DNA of 57,724 nucleotides, counting the filler, from Malassezia furfur (taxonomy: Eukaryota): NCBI GenBank assembly GCA_052055015.1. It is 2 parts of 2 records of this genome, joined end to end, with 100 filler letters (N's around TTAATTAATTAA, not from the genome) between each part and the next. Parts side by side here need not be neighbours in the genome. Positions count along the whole stretch, not along the records: positions 1 to 29,037 come from JBQJIT010000108.1; 1 more part is not named here. One strand, given 5' to 3'. The position numbers and the translations under genes were made by a program. The notes under the pieces are model-generated. The model did not search any database and was not told the origin of the DNA. It saw only the letters and a list, made by a program, of their open reading frames with translations. Positions 1 to 9,758 of the stretch are shown here, in pieces. Position 1 is the first letter of the stretch. Every line of letters begins with the position of its first letter.

Positions 1-38
1 GAGCTGTCGCGCGGCGTGTTTACGAGCCTGATTGGGTT

Positions 39-1589
39 CTATGCGTCGCGTGCGCGCTGCTGGGGGGCCGGGGGGGCATTGACGGCGTCGGCGTCGGCGT
101 CGGCCGCACGCTGCTCGACCTCGCGGGTAAGGTCCGCGGCCGTGAGGCGCTGCAGCGGCATGTCCTGCAGGTCCCACGTCACGAACGCGTCCTCCCAGTC
201 CATCAGCACGAGGTCAGCGCGTCCGTCGCGGTTGCCACGGCCCGTGCGCCCGACGCGGTGCACGTAGATCTCGGGCGAGGAGGGGATGCCGACCTGCACC
301 ACCTGCGTCACGCCGGGGTAGTCGACGCCACGCGCACTCACGTCGCTCGTCACGAGCACGCTCGGCGCGGCGGTGCACGTGCGAAAGCGGCTCGCGAACT
401 TGTTGCGCTTCGACTGGTCCATGTCACTGTGAATGTCAAACACGCGCGTCGCCTGCTCAAACGGCAGCGTGTCGCTTGCCGTGCGCAGGACCTGCGCCGC
501 GGCGCGCGTCTGCCGCGTCGTGGAGAAAAAGACCATCACCTTGCTCTGCGTGCCATGCACAAGCTGGTCGCGCGCCACGACACGCAGCACATGGCCGAAC
601 ACCTCGGCGGGGTCCGCAAGCGTCGTGACGTACTGGGGGATGCGCGTGTGCACGGCGTCCTCGCCGGGCGGCACACAGTCGATGAAGCGGTGGTTGCGGT
701 GCAGCGTCGCGCGCGCAATCGCCTCGATGTTGGGGTTGATCGTCGCGCTAAAGAGCATCGTTGCGCGCTTCGACGCGGGCGGCAGCGCCTTCATGATGTG
801 CTGGATGTCCTCGCGGAAGCCCAACTCGAGCAGCATGTCCGCCTCGTCGAGCACAAGCGTCTGTGTCGTCGACAGCGGCGCACGGAACTCGTCGTCGTTC
901 ATCAGGTCCATCAGGCGACCGGGCGTCGCCACCACAATGTCGCGCGACGACTTGCGCCACGCGTCGTACTGCGCACGCCGTTCGTTGCCGCCGACAAGCA
1001 AGTGCACATTGAGGTGCGACTGGTGCGACAGCAGCTTGCGTGCCTCGTTGGCGATCTGCGTCGCGAGCTCACGCGTGGGCGAAAGGATCAGGGCGCCCAC
1101 CGAGCGCTTCTGGAAGAGGCCCAAGAGGCGCGCCGACGCACGCGGCGCATCGCTCTCGAGCAGCTTGCCCTCGCCCGCCTTTTCTACATACGTCCGAAAT
1201 GCGTCCGTCCACTGCCCGTGCTCGGCCGCCTCGAGCGCGCGCCGGCGCGACTCGATCGCCGGCACGAGGAACGCGACCGTCTTGCCCGTACCGGTGCGCG
1301 CCTTGACCAGCAGGTCACGGCCCTCGGCGTCAGAAAGGGGCACACTCGTGTCCACCATCCCGGCCTGCCCCAGCTCTGGCAGCAGCGAGAGCACACGGCT
1401 CTGCACGTCGGTCATCTGCGTGAAGCGGAACGGCGCCTGCGTCAGTGCGCGGTAGGTCTCGGGCTGGACGTTGGCACGCAGCGACTCGATCGCCGTGTCC
1501 AGCACGGCGCCTTGTCGTGCGCACCGCGAGGTCGTGAGCGTGCGGGCCAAGGCACGGGCATGCGCAAGCGGTGCAGCCGCTTGGCGCAT
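39..1589 (-). CDS. MSS116: Mitochondrial DEAD-box RNA helicase (Mss116/CYT-19-like); C-terminus apparently disrupted near the window start
   Basis: Motifs ARTGTGKT, SPTRELA, TPGRL, LDEAD, SAT, SDVSARGVD, HRVGRTGR; Arg/Ala-rich presequence-like N-terminus from ATG 1589; ORF stops soon after motif VI. Confidence 0.8.
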   Translation of the reverse strand: MRQAAAPLAHARALARTLTTSRCARQGAVLDTAIESLRANVQPETYRALTQAPFRFTQMTDVQSRVLSLLPELGQAGMVDTSVPLSDAEGRDLLVKARTGTGKTVAFLVPAIESRRRALEAAEHGQWTDAFRTYVEKAGEGKLLESDAPRASARLLGLFQKRSVGALILSPTRELATQIANEARKLLSHQSHLNVHLLVGGNERRAQYDAWRKSSRDIVVATPGRLMDLMNDDEFRAPLSTTQTLVLDEADMLLELGFREDIQHIMKALPPASKRATMLFSATINPNIEAIARATLHRNHRFIDCVPPGEDAVHTRIPQYVTTLADPAEVFGHVLRVVARDQLVHGTQSKVMVFFSTTRQTRAAAQVLRTASDTLPFEQATRVFDIHSDMDQSKRNKFASRFRTCTAAPSVLVTSDVSARGVDYPGVTQVVQVGIPSSPEIYVHRVGRTGRGNRDGRADLVLMDWEDAFVTWDLQDMPLQRLTAADLTREVEQRAADADADAVNAPPAPQQRARDA

Positions 1590-1676
1590 CCATCCACCTC
1601 GCCACCACATGTGGAAGAAAGTGTTGAGAATTTTTGGAGGCTGACTAAGCCGCGAGGTGGCGTGTGCATCTTCGCT

Positions 1677-4564
1677 ATGAGCGCCGATCCCCGGTTCCTG
1701 GATTCGTGGCTGGCAGCGCGGCCCCCGCCAAAGGTGTCGGGCTCGCTGCAAGTGCGCCTCGATGCACCGTCGGGAATCACCCATGCACCCGACCAGACCG
1801 ATCCACACACCGCATCGCGCCGGCTATTTGCCGTGCCGAAGCTTCCTGAACCACCCGAACTCCTGTACGACTTTGAGGACGAGATCATCGGGTACGAGCG
1901 CGCCACGCGGCGAGAGCCGACGTTTGTGCTCGGCGACGATGATCCAGATGGCATGACGCCTGCACAGATGCTCGCCGCCGAGTACCGCGACAAGGACACA
2001 GGCGGCGAGGACGTCCAGCATGACAAGAACCCCGTCGCCGAGGACCACGCAAGCGCACAAAAGCAGACGACGGCATCCGCAGAACCAGAGGCATCTTTCC
2101 CCTCCAAGGCAGACGAGCCAGAGGCTCTGGTGGACCGTGTGAGCGACATGGACCTTGCGCCGGGTAACGCCGACGAGCCTCCTACGGACACGGACGACGC
2201 CGAGCCCCATGGCTTTGCCTTCTCGACAGACGACGCGGACGAGGACATCACCAAAAATGTTTGGGAGTCGGTGTTCACGTCGCGCCAGTCAAGTGCCGCG
2301 CCCCCGAGCGTGTCGGACAAGGCGAGCGAGGCCAAGGGCGCTGCGCCGGCGGCCGAGCATGCCGCGCCGGTGACCGACGATGCCGACGCCCAGTCCCAAG
2401 GCACTTCGGCATCGCACGAGCCTGTCTTTACGGAGGCGCGTGAGGACCAGGATGCTGAGGACGCCAAGGAGTCCGAAGAACCTACAGAGTCCGAGGAGCC
2501 CAAGAAGCCTAAGGAGTCCGAAGAAGCCAAGGAGGCCGGAAAGGAGGACGCAGCGAAGGCATCCGAAGAACCTGAGGCGTCTACCGAGGCCAAGGGCGCG
2601 GTAGACGAGTCGGAAGAGACCACCGAGAAACCTTCGAAGGCGGCCAAGAAGAAGGCCAAGAAGCAGGCCAAGAAAGCCGCGAAGAAGGCCCAGGAGGGCG
2701 GCGAGGACGCCGAGCCCGAGCAGGCCGCAGCAGACGCAAAAGATGAGGTGGGCGAGCATGCTGCTGAGCCTGAGACCAAGGAGTCTGAGACCAAGGAGTC
2801 TGAGGCCAAGGAGCCTGAGGCCAAGGAGTCTGAGAGCAAGGAGCCTGAGGCCAAGGAGCCTGAGGCCAAGGAGCCTGAGGCCAANNNNNNNNNNNNNNNN
2901 NNNNNNNNNNNNNNNNNNNNNNNNNNNNNNNNNNNNNNNNNNNNCTGAGGCCAAGGAGCCTGAGGCCAAGGAGCCTGAGGCCAAGGAGCCTGAGGCCAAG
3001 GAGCCTGAGGCCAACGAGTCCGAGAGCAAGGAGCCTGAGGCCAAGGAGCCTGAGGCCAAGGAACCTGAGGCCAAGGCGCCTGAGGAGGCGAAGCCTGAAG
3101 CCGAGGCCGAACCTAAAGCCAAAGCCGACTCCGAGCCCAAAGCCGAGTCAGAGGCTGCAGACGACTCTGAGCCTAAGCCTGAGACTCAGCCGAAGGCCGA
3201 GACCGAACCGAAGGCCGAGGCTAAAAGTGGCAGCGCGGCCGAAGCTCCTAAGGAGACGCCCACTGGCGACGCCCCACCAGAGACACCTGCTGAGCGTGTG
3301 TCCGAGGCTGGCACGGACGACACCAAGACGGTGGCCTTTGCAGATGGCGTGTCGGAGCACACCGTCGACACCTGGGCGGTGCCCCCCAAGCGCCATATCC
3401 CGATCGCGGACACGGCATCGATCCGCACGGCCCAGTCGCATGCCGCGAGTCTCGCGCCGTCGACCGCCCCGACGATCAGCCAAATGACGCTCTTGTCCAA
3501 CATGAAGCACGACCGGCCCGAGGCGATGCCCAAGCCGGTGCGCACCAACTTCCGCGAGTACAAGTACCAACCGCCGCCGAGTCAGTCGGACCCCAAGTTT
3601 GGCACGCACGTCTGGGATGCGCCCAAGTACAACACGCTGCGCTCCACCGAGACGCTGGCGCAACAGCCGATCGGCATGGACGCCGGCTCGCAGTGGGATC
3701 GCGTGAGTGGCTATGGCCAAGCGCGCCCTGCGGCGCACGACAGCGCGGCGCAGACCTCGCTCGAGACGGTGCGTGCGCTGTTTGTGCCGGACCCTCGTAC
3801 GTGGCACCCGTACCGCTTTGTGCGCCGCACCGACCCGCGGCAGGTGCTCATCTTTGCCGCTGGCACGTCGCTGAGCGGTGCGCAGGTGAAGGCCGCGCAG
3901 GCCGCGAAGCAGGCGGCCATCGAGAACGCCGGCAAAGTCAGCGTCGAGAAGCTGCGCTCGCTCGCCAGTCACTTTGGCACCACGGAGAACACCAACGTGC
4001 AGGGCGGCATCGGCGTGGTGTACTCGCCAACGGCGTCGCTGTGTGCGGCACTGGACGAGCCGTTCGATGCGGCGCGCGCCGAGAAGAACGTGTCGCGTCG
4101 GCTAGAGCGCCCCGAGTTCCCGAACCGCACGACGACGCAGCGTGCGGCGCTGCGCAGTGTGATTGCCGCACTGGAGTACGTGCACTGGGAGAAGGAGGGC
4201 TTTGATAAGGTGGTGATTGCGGTGCACAACGCGTGGATCGTGCGTGGTATCTCGCACGATATCTGGACGTGGCGCCAGAACGGCTGGGTGCTCACGCGCG
4301 AGACGCCGCAGGGCTTGCCCGGCGAGTCGGTGCCGAACCGCGACCTGTGGGAGCTGCTCGACCACCTCGTGCGGCAGTGGGAGGACGTCGAGTACGTGGC
4401 ACAACTCACCCAGCGGCAACTGTCGGTTCTGGCACCTGCCCAAGGCGGCCAACGGCGAGGCCGTGCACCTAGCGGAGCAGGGTGCGGTACGTTCTTTGCC
4501 TCTTACCCAGCTCAAAGTGAACCAGATGCCCACGCTTGTCCGCTGGACGAAGCGCACGCCATAG
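1677..4564 (+). CDS. Long acidic/repetitive protein with C-terminal RNase H-like domain (catalytic residues lost); spans N gap; introns 4392-4413 and probably 4487-4510
   Basis: RNase H-type segments QRAALRSVIAAL, WEKEGFDKVVIA, WRQNGW, VPNRDLWELL, FWHLPKAAN; splicing the 22-nt intron restores frame (EDVD-GNCRFW); KEPEA repeats on both sides of gap 2885-2944. Confidence 0.75.
2766..3080 (+). repeat. Coding 15-bp tandem repeat (GAGCCTGAGGCCAAG; KEPEA/KESET units) interrupted by a 60-N gap
   Basis: Directly visible; copy number unresolved because of Ns at 2885-2944. Confidence 0.95.
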
Positions 4565-4603
4565 TGTTTTCCCGACCTCCACCTGCGTTTCTTTCCGCGG
4601 ACC

Positions 4604-5819
4604 ATGGCTTCCAAGTCGCGGGGCGATGCCGCGAGTGTGTCTGGAGTGCAGAACGCCGACGGGGTCACCTCGCTGCGGTACCAGGCACTGAACCGCGACT
4701 CGTACCGTCTCGACTCGCCGCCGTTCACAGGCGCCGCAGTGACCGGTGCGGGGCCGGTCACGCAGGGCCTTGAGCAGCCGATGCCAAACACGACGCGCGC
4801 CGAGGGAGGGGTTGCGCGCGCGCGCACGCCCCATCGCGGCCGAGGGGATGGTGATGTGCCGCGCTGGGCGCTCGATGCGCGCCGCGCCGATGGCAGCGGC
4901 GAGATCGACGAGGCCGAGGAGCTCGACGAGGAGCTTGACGCGTCGCAGGTCGTGGACGAGACGTTCCACGCGCTGCGCTCGCCGCACACGGCGCCGGTCC
5001 CGCGGCAGGGCGAGTCGATGGACACATATACGTTCCCGCGGCACCGGTTTGCGACGCAGATGCGCGACGAGCGCAAGCAGCCGCTCGTCGTCGTCGCATG
5101 CGGCAGTTTTTCCCCGCCGACCTATCTGCACTTGTGCGTGTGTGATGGCTGACGATAGGCGCATGTTTGAGATGGCCAAGGACCAGGTGATCGAGAATGG
5201 CGACTACGAGCTGGTCGCCGGCTACTACAGCCCTGTGTCGGACCAATACAAGAAGGCCGGCCTGGCCAAGGCGACGCACCGCGTGCGCATGTGCGAGTAC
5301 GTTGCCGTGATTCGCTGACCCAGACTTGCCGTGGAGCGCTCGTCCAACTGGCTCATGGTGGATGCGTGGGAGTCGCTGCAGGGCGAGTACCAGCGGACGG
5401 CCGTGGTGCTCGACCACTTCAATGAGGAGATCAACGGCAAGCACAACGAAAAGGGCATGTTGCTCTCCGACGGCACGCGCAAGCCGATCAAGATCATGCT
5501 GTTGGCCGGCGGCGATCTGATCCAGAGCATGGGCGAGCCCGGCGTGTGGGCCGACTCGGATCTGCACCACATCCTGGGCGGGTACGGCTGTCTGATTGTG
5601 GAGCGCACCGGGGCGGACGTGTGGTCGTTTTTGCTGTCGCACGACCTGCTGTGGTTGCACCGCCGGAACCTGATCGTGGTCAAGCAGACCATCTACAACG
5701 ACATCAGCTCGTCCAAGGTCCGTCTGTTTGTGCGCCGCGGCTACTCGATCAAGTACCTGCTGCCCAACAGTGTGATTCAGTACATTGAGCAAAACGCACT
5801 GTACCGCGCATCCGAGTAA
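4604..5819 (+). CDS. NMA1: Nicotinamide/nicotinate mononucleotide adenylyltransferase; introns 5134-5158, 5297-5323
   Basis: ACGSFSPPTYLHLRMFE, SPVSDQYKKAGL, WLMVDAWES, NDISSSKVRLF, IKYLLP; spliced frames continuous. Confidence 0.95.
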
Positions 5820-5837
5820 TGGGGTAGGGGTATGTAG

Positions 5838-7171
5838 CTATGCATTTCCAACCGGGATCGAGCCGAGGCCCAGCAGCAGTTCCACCGCCTGGCGGTCGTG
5901 CTCGGTAAAGTGCCCCGCCGGCATGGACTTCGCACTCGATTGCGACGCCGGCGACGAGTGCGGCTGCGACTCTTCCTCAAAGAAACCGCTGTCGTCGTGC
6001 TCCTCGGACTTGAGCGGCGCGGCCACACGCACCGGCGCCGCATCGCTCCGTGCGCTCGACTCGCGCCGCGTCACGGGGATCGACGGCGTGCGCGGCCACA
6101 GCGCACACTCGCGCGGCAAACGCGAGCCTGCCGACGCCACGCGCCGGAACGCCGAAAGCGGTTTCGCGCGGGGCATGCGCGGCGGCGCATTCTCCTTGTC
6201 CTGCGCGAGCCGCAGCGCATCGAGCGCGGTCGGCTTGCGCGGCACATGCAGCGGACGCGCCATCGGAGCGACGTGCGGCGCGGCCGTCGGCACGGCCTGC
6301 GGCTGCACCGGCTGCAGCGGCGCACGCACGGGCATACTCTCGGTGCGGCGCAGCGGCTTGGCGGACGATGGCGGTGAGGTTTCGCGCGCCGCAGCAAACT
6401 CGAGGCTGAGCGACGCCTGCCGCTTGAGCGGGCGCGCGGCCGACGGACGGCGCGCGTGCATCATATTCCGCGCGTCAGACGCGTCGGGCGCGTCGCGCTT
6501 GCGTGCACGGCGCTGCGCGAGGCGGCGCAGCGTCATTTCCTCCTCGTCCTCGTCCTGCGATGCCGGCACATCGACGTCCTCGACGTCGCTTGAGCTGTTC
6601 ACCGCGCTCGAGCTCCCCATGCGCTGCCAGATGTCGACGTCGGCCGCGGGCTCGGGCGTCGGCATGCTCGGGCCGAGCTGCGCATGGCCCTCGGAGTCGG
6701 TGGTGAGCGAAATGCACGGCGAGCTCGCAGCGCGACGCATCGCGCCCTGGCGCGCCGCACCCGGTAGCGGCCCCACGAGTTCGTGCAGGTCGCGCAGGCC
6801 GTGCAAATGGGCCAGATCGAACGTCTGCACGGGCAGGCGGTGCGCGCCGCCCATGGCGGGCGACGCGCCGGGCCCGCTGTAGCGCTGGGACCGCTTCTTT
6901 TCCGCCTGGCGCCGGTTCTGAAACCACACCGATACGGCTCTGCATGAGCCATATTCACGTACCTTGGTGTCATCCCGACGCTCTGCGCGAGACGCTCGCG
7001 CGTCTTTTCGTTGGGAAACGCGTTCTGCAAGTAGGCGGACATTAGGATGTCGACCTCGTGCGGGCGCGTACGGCGCCGGCGCTTCTTTTCGCGCATCTCA
7101 GGCGGATTGGGCATGGCAGGAGGCCGCTGTGAGTCGCCTGGCACTCCATGCACGTCCGCGACGCTGGCCAT
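5838..7171 (-). CDS. Homeodomain transcription factor (Yox1/Yhp1-like); intron 6940-6962
   Basis: KKRRRRT...FPNEKTRERLAQSVGMTPR|AVSVWFQNRRQAEKK joined by a 23-nt intron. Confidence 0.85.
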
Positions 7172-7327
7172 GCTGCGCGCAATTTCAGGACCCCTCGCGG
7201 TCACAAGCAAGCGCCTCGCCCGAACCAACGTGATCGGGTGTTTGTTTGGCCACGCGCGACGCGCCGCGGCTTGTGGAGGCACATGCCTTCCATGTGGCCG
7301 CCGAGAAAAAAGTTCCTCCACGACGGC

Positions 7328-9754
7328 ATGGGCAAGCGGCGTGCAGCAGCGGCGCCGGCGCCCGTGCGCGCGAGCGCGGTGCCCTGGAAAAATGTGCCGC
7401 TCAGCTCGCAGGCAGAGAATGTGAACGAGACGACGGACGAGGGGTTTGACATGCTCGATATGAACGACGACGACTTTATGGGACTCCAGGCCGTCGAGGG
7501 CTACGACGTCGAATACGAACCCGATGCGTCGGGCCTCAACAAGACGGTGCGTATCGTCGAAGCCAAGCCCAAGGGCAAGGGGAAAGGCAAAGGGAAGGAG
7601 AAGGGGAAGACGGCACCGCGATCATCGGATGCCGCGGACTCAGCGGCGTCTAAGGAACAGGCCGCACCTAAGTCCAAGAAGGCCAAGACGCAGGCGACGG
7701 GTGCCAAGCCCAAGCCCGTACAGCGCGCACCGCCTGCCCCGCCGTCGGAAAGCGACAAGGACGAGTCCGCAGACGAGGAGGAGAGTGATGCCGCCGATGA
7801 GGAGCTCGAGACCGCAGACGACGACGACGACGACGAGCCGCTCGACGGTACCTCTGAGACTTCCGACCATGCCGACTCGGACGCCACGGCCTCGGAGCCA
7901 GACGAGCCAGTGCCACGCAGTGCACCAATGTCTGCCAAGGCGCGTCGTGCCGCGCTCCACGAGGCGGCCGATCTGGATATGACCGCGGCACTGGGCCAGG
8001 CGCGTGCGCAGGGCCTCTTGCTCGACGATGATACGGGCGACGATGGGCAGGAACGTGCGGATGCACAACTGCCTGGCTGGAGCGACTTCCCTCTGCTGGC
8101 GCCCATCAAGCGCGCGCTGCATGCGCTGTCGTTTGTGACGCCGACCGACGTGCAGGCCAAGACGCTGCCGCTGTCCCTCGGGCTCGAAGGGCCGCCGCGC
8201 GACGTGGTTGGTGTCGCCGAGACCGGCTCGGGTAAGACGCTGGCGTACGGCCTGCCGGTCCTGCAGTACATCTGCCAAAACTCCGACGTGGACTCGGCGC
8301 CTGACCGTCCGCTGGAGGCGCTCGTTTTGACGCCGACCCGCGAGTTGGCGCTGCAGGTCACGCAGCATCTGCGCGCTGTGTCGGCGGCGGGCGGCCATTT
8401 TGCGCACGTCGCGACCGTGTGTGGTGGCATGTCGGTGCAGAAGCAGCAGCGGCTGCTGGAGCAGCGTGGCGGTGCGCACATTGTCGTTGCGACGCCCGGC
8501 CGCCTGTGGGATGTACTGAAGCAGGACGATGCGTTTGCGCGGCGCGTGCGGCAGACGCGGTTCCTGGTGATCGACGAGGCGGACCGGATGGTGGAAACGG
8601 GCCACTTTGCCGAGATGGATGCGATCCTGCGCATGGTGCAGCGCACGCCTGGCCCGCTGCCGGCCAACGACGCGATGCAGACGCTCGTGTTTTCCGCGAC
8701 GATGGCCAAGGCGCTCCAGCAGAACGTGCGCAAGAAGCAGTGGCGCAAGAAGCGCCGCACGGCCGAGCCCACAAACACGCTCGACGACCTGCTGAGCCGC
8801 GTCGACTTCCGCGACGCAGAGCCGGCGGTCGTGGAGCTGGTGCCCGAGCGCCGCGTGGCGGCGAACCTGCTCGAGGCCAAGATCGAGTGTGTGAACAAGG
8901 AAAAAGATACCTACCTGTACTACCTGCTGATGCGCTACCCTGGGCGCACGCTCGTCTTTCTCAACTCGATCGACGGCGTGCGCCGTCTGACGCCGATTTT
9001 GAGCGCGCTGGATCTGGACGTCTATCCGCTGCATGGCCAGCTGCAGCAGCAGCAGCGCCTGCGCAACCTCGACCGGTTCCGCAGCGAGCTGTGTGGGCGG
9101 TCCAAGGTGCTGCTGGCGACCGACGTCGCGGCGCGCGGCATCGACGTCGAGGGCATCGACCACGTCGTGCACTTCCAGGTGCCGCGCACGGCGGACGCAT
9201 ACGTGCACCGCTCTGGGCGCACGGCGCGCGCCGGGCACCACGGCATTTCGGTGGTGCTGGTCGAGCCGAACGAGCAGCGGATGCTGCAGGCGATCTGGAA
9301 GGCGCTGCAGCGCACCGACGCGCTGGCCACGCTCCCGATCGAGTACACGCTGCTGGACGCGATCCGGACGCGCCTCGCGCTCGCCAAGGAGATCGACCAG
9401 CTGCAGCACCGGCACGACAAGGCGTCGCACGAGGACGCGTGGATCCGCAAGCTGGCCAACGAGGCCGACCTCGAGCTCGAGAGCGACAGCGACGGCGAGG
9501 AGCAGCGCGACCGCGCGCATGCCAAGCGCCCGCCGTCCAAGTCGGATGCGCGCCTCGCGGCGCTGCGGGCCGAGCTGCGCGCGCAGTTGGCGCGCCCCAT
9601 CACGCCGCGCGGCGTGAGCCAAAAGTACCTCACGAGCGGCGTGCGCCCCGACGTGGTGCAGCGCCTGCTGCGTGGCGACAAGGAGGTGCTGGGCATCAAG
9701 CGCTCGACGGCGCATGCGGATCTATCGGCTAAGAACAAGCGGCGGCGTACGTAG
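7328..9754 (+). CDS. MAK5: DEAD-box RNA helicase Mak5/DDX24
   Basis: AETGSGKT, PTRELA, DEAD, HRSGRTARAG; N-terminal FMGLQAVEG and C-terminal WIRKLANEADL segments typical of Mak5; start codon inferred. Confidence 0.85.
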   Translation: MGKRRAAAAPAPVRASAVPWKNVPLSSQAENVNETTDEGFDMLDMNDDDFMGLQAVEGYDVEYEPDASGLNKTVRIVEAKPKGKGKGKGKEKGKTAPRSSDAADSAASKEQAAPKSKKAKTQATGAKPKPVQRAPPAPPSESDKDESADEEESDAADEELETADDDDDDEPLDGTSETSDHADSDATASEPDEPVPRSAPMSAKARRAALHEAADLDMTAALGQARAQGLLLDDDTGDDGQERADAQLPGWSDFPLLAPIKRALHALSFVTPTDVQAKTLPLSLGLEGPPRDVVGVAETGSGKTLAYGLPVLQYICQNSDVDSAPDRPLEALVLTPTRELALQVTQHLRAVSAAGGHFAHVATVCGGMSVQKQQRLLEQRGGAHIVVATPGRLWDVLKQDDAFARRVRQTRFLVIDEADRMVETGHFAEMDAILRMVQRTPGPLPANDAMQTLVFSATMAKALQQNVRKKQWRKKRRTAEPTNTLDDLLSRVDFRDAEPAVVELVPERRVAANLLEAKIECVNKEKDTYLYYLLMRYPGRTLVFLNSIDGVRRLTPILSALDLDVYPLHGQLQQQQRLRNLDRFRSELCGRSKVLLATDVAARGIDVEGIDHVVHFQVPRTADAYVHRSGRTARAGHHGISVVLVEPNEQRMLQAIWKALQRTDALATLPIEYTLLDAIRTRLALAKEIDQLQHRHDKASHEDAWIRKLANEADLELESDSDGEEQRDRAHAKRPPSKSDARLAALRAELRAQLARPITPRGVSQKYLTSGVRPDVVQRLLRGDKEVLGIKRSTAHADLSAKNKRRRT

Positions 9755-9758
9755 GAGC

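Noticed and set aside
2766..3080. Tandem repeats as a CRISPR array
   Set aside because: No spacers, in-frame coding repeat, eukaryotic context, no cas genes
3841..4564. RNase H domain as a retrotransposon remnant
   Set aside because: No RT, integrase, gag or LTRs; the gene has spliceosomal introns and sits among housekeeping genes
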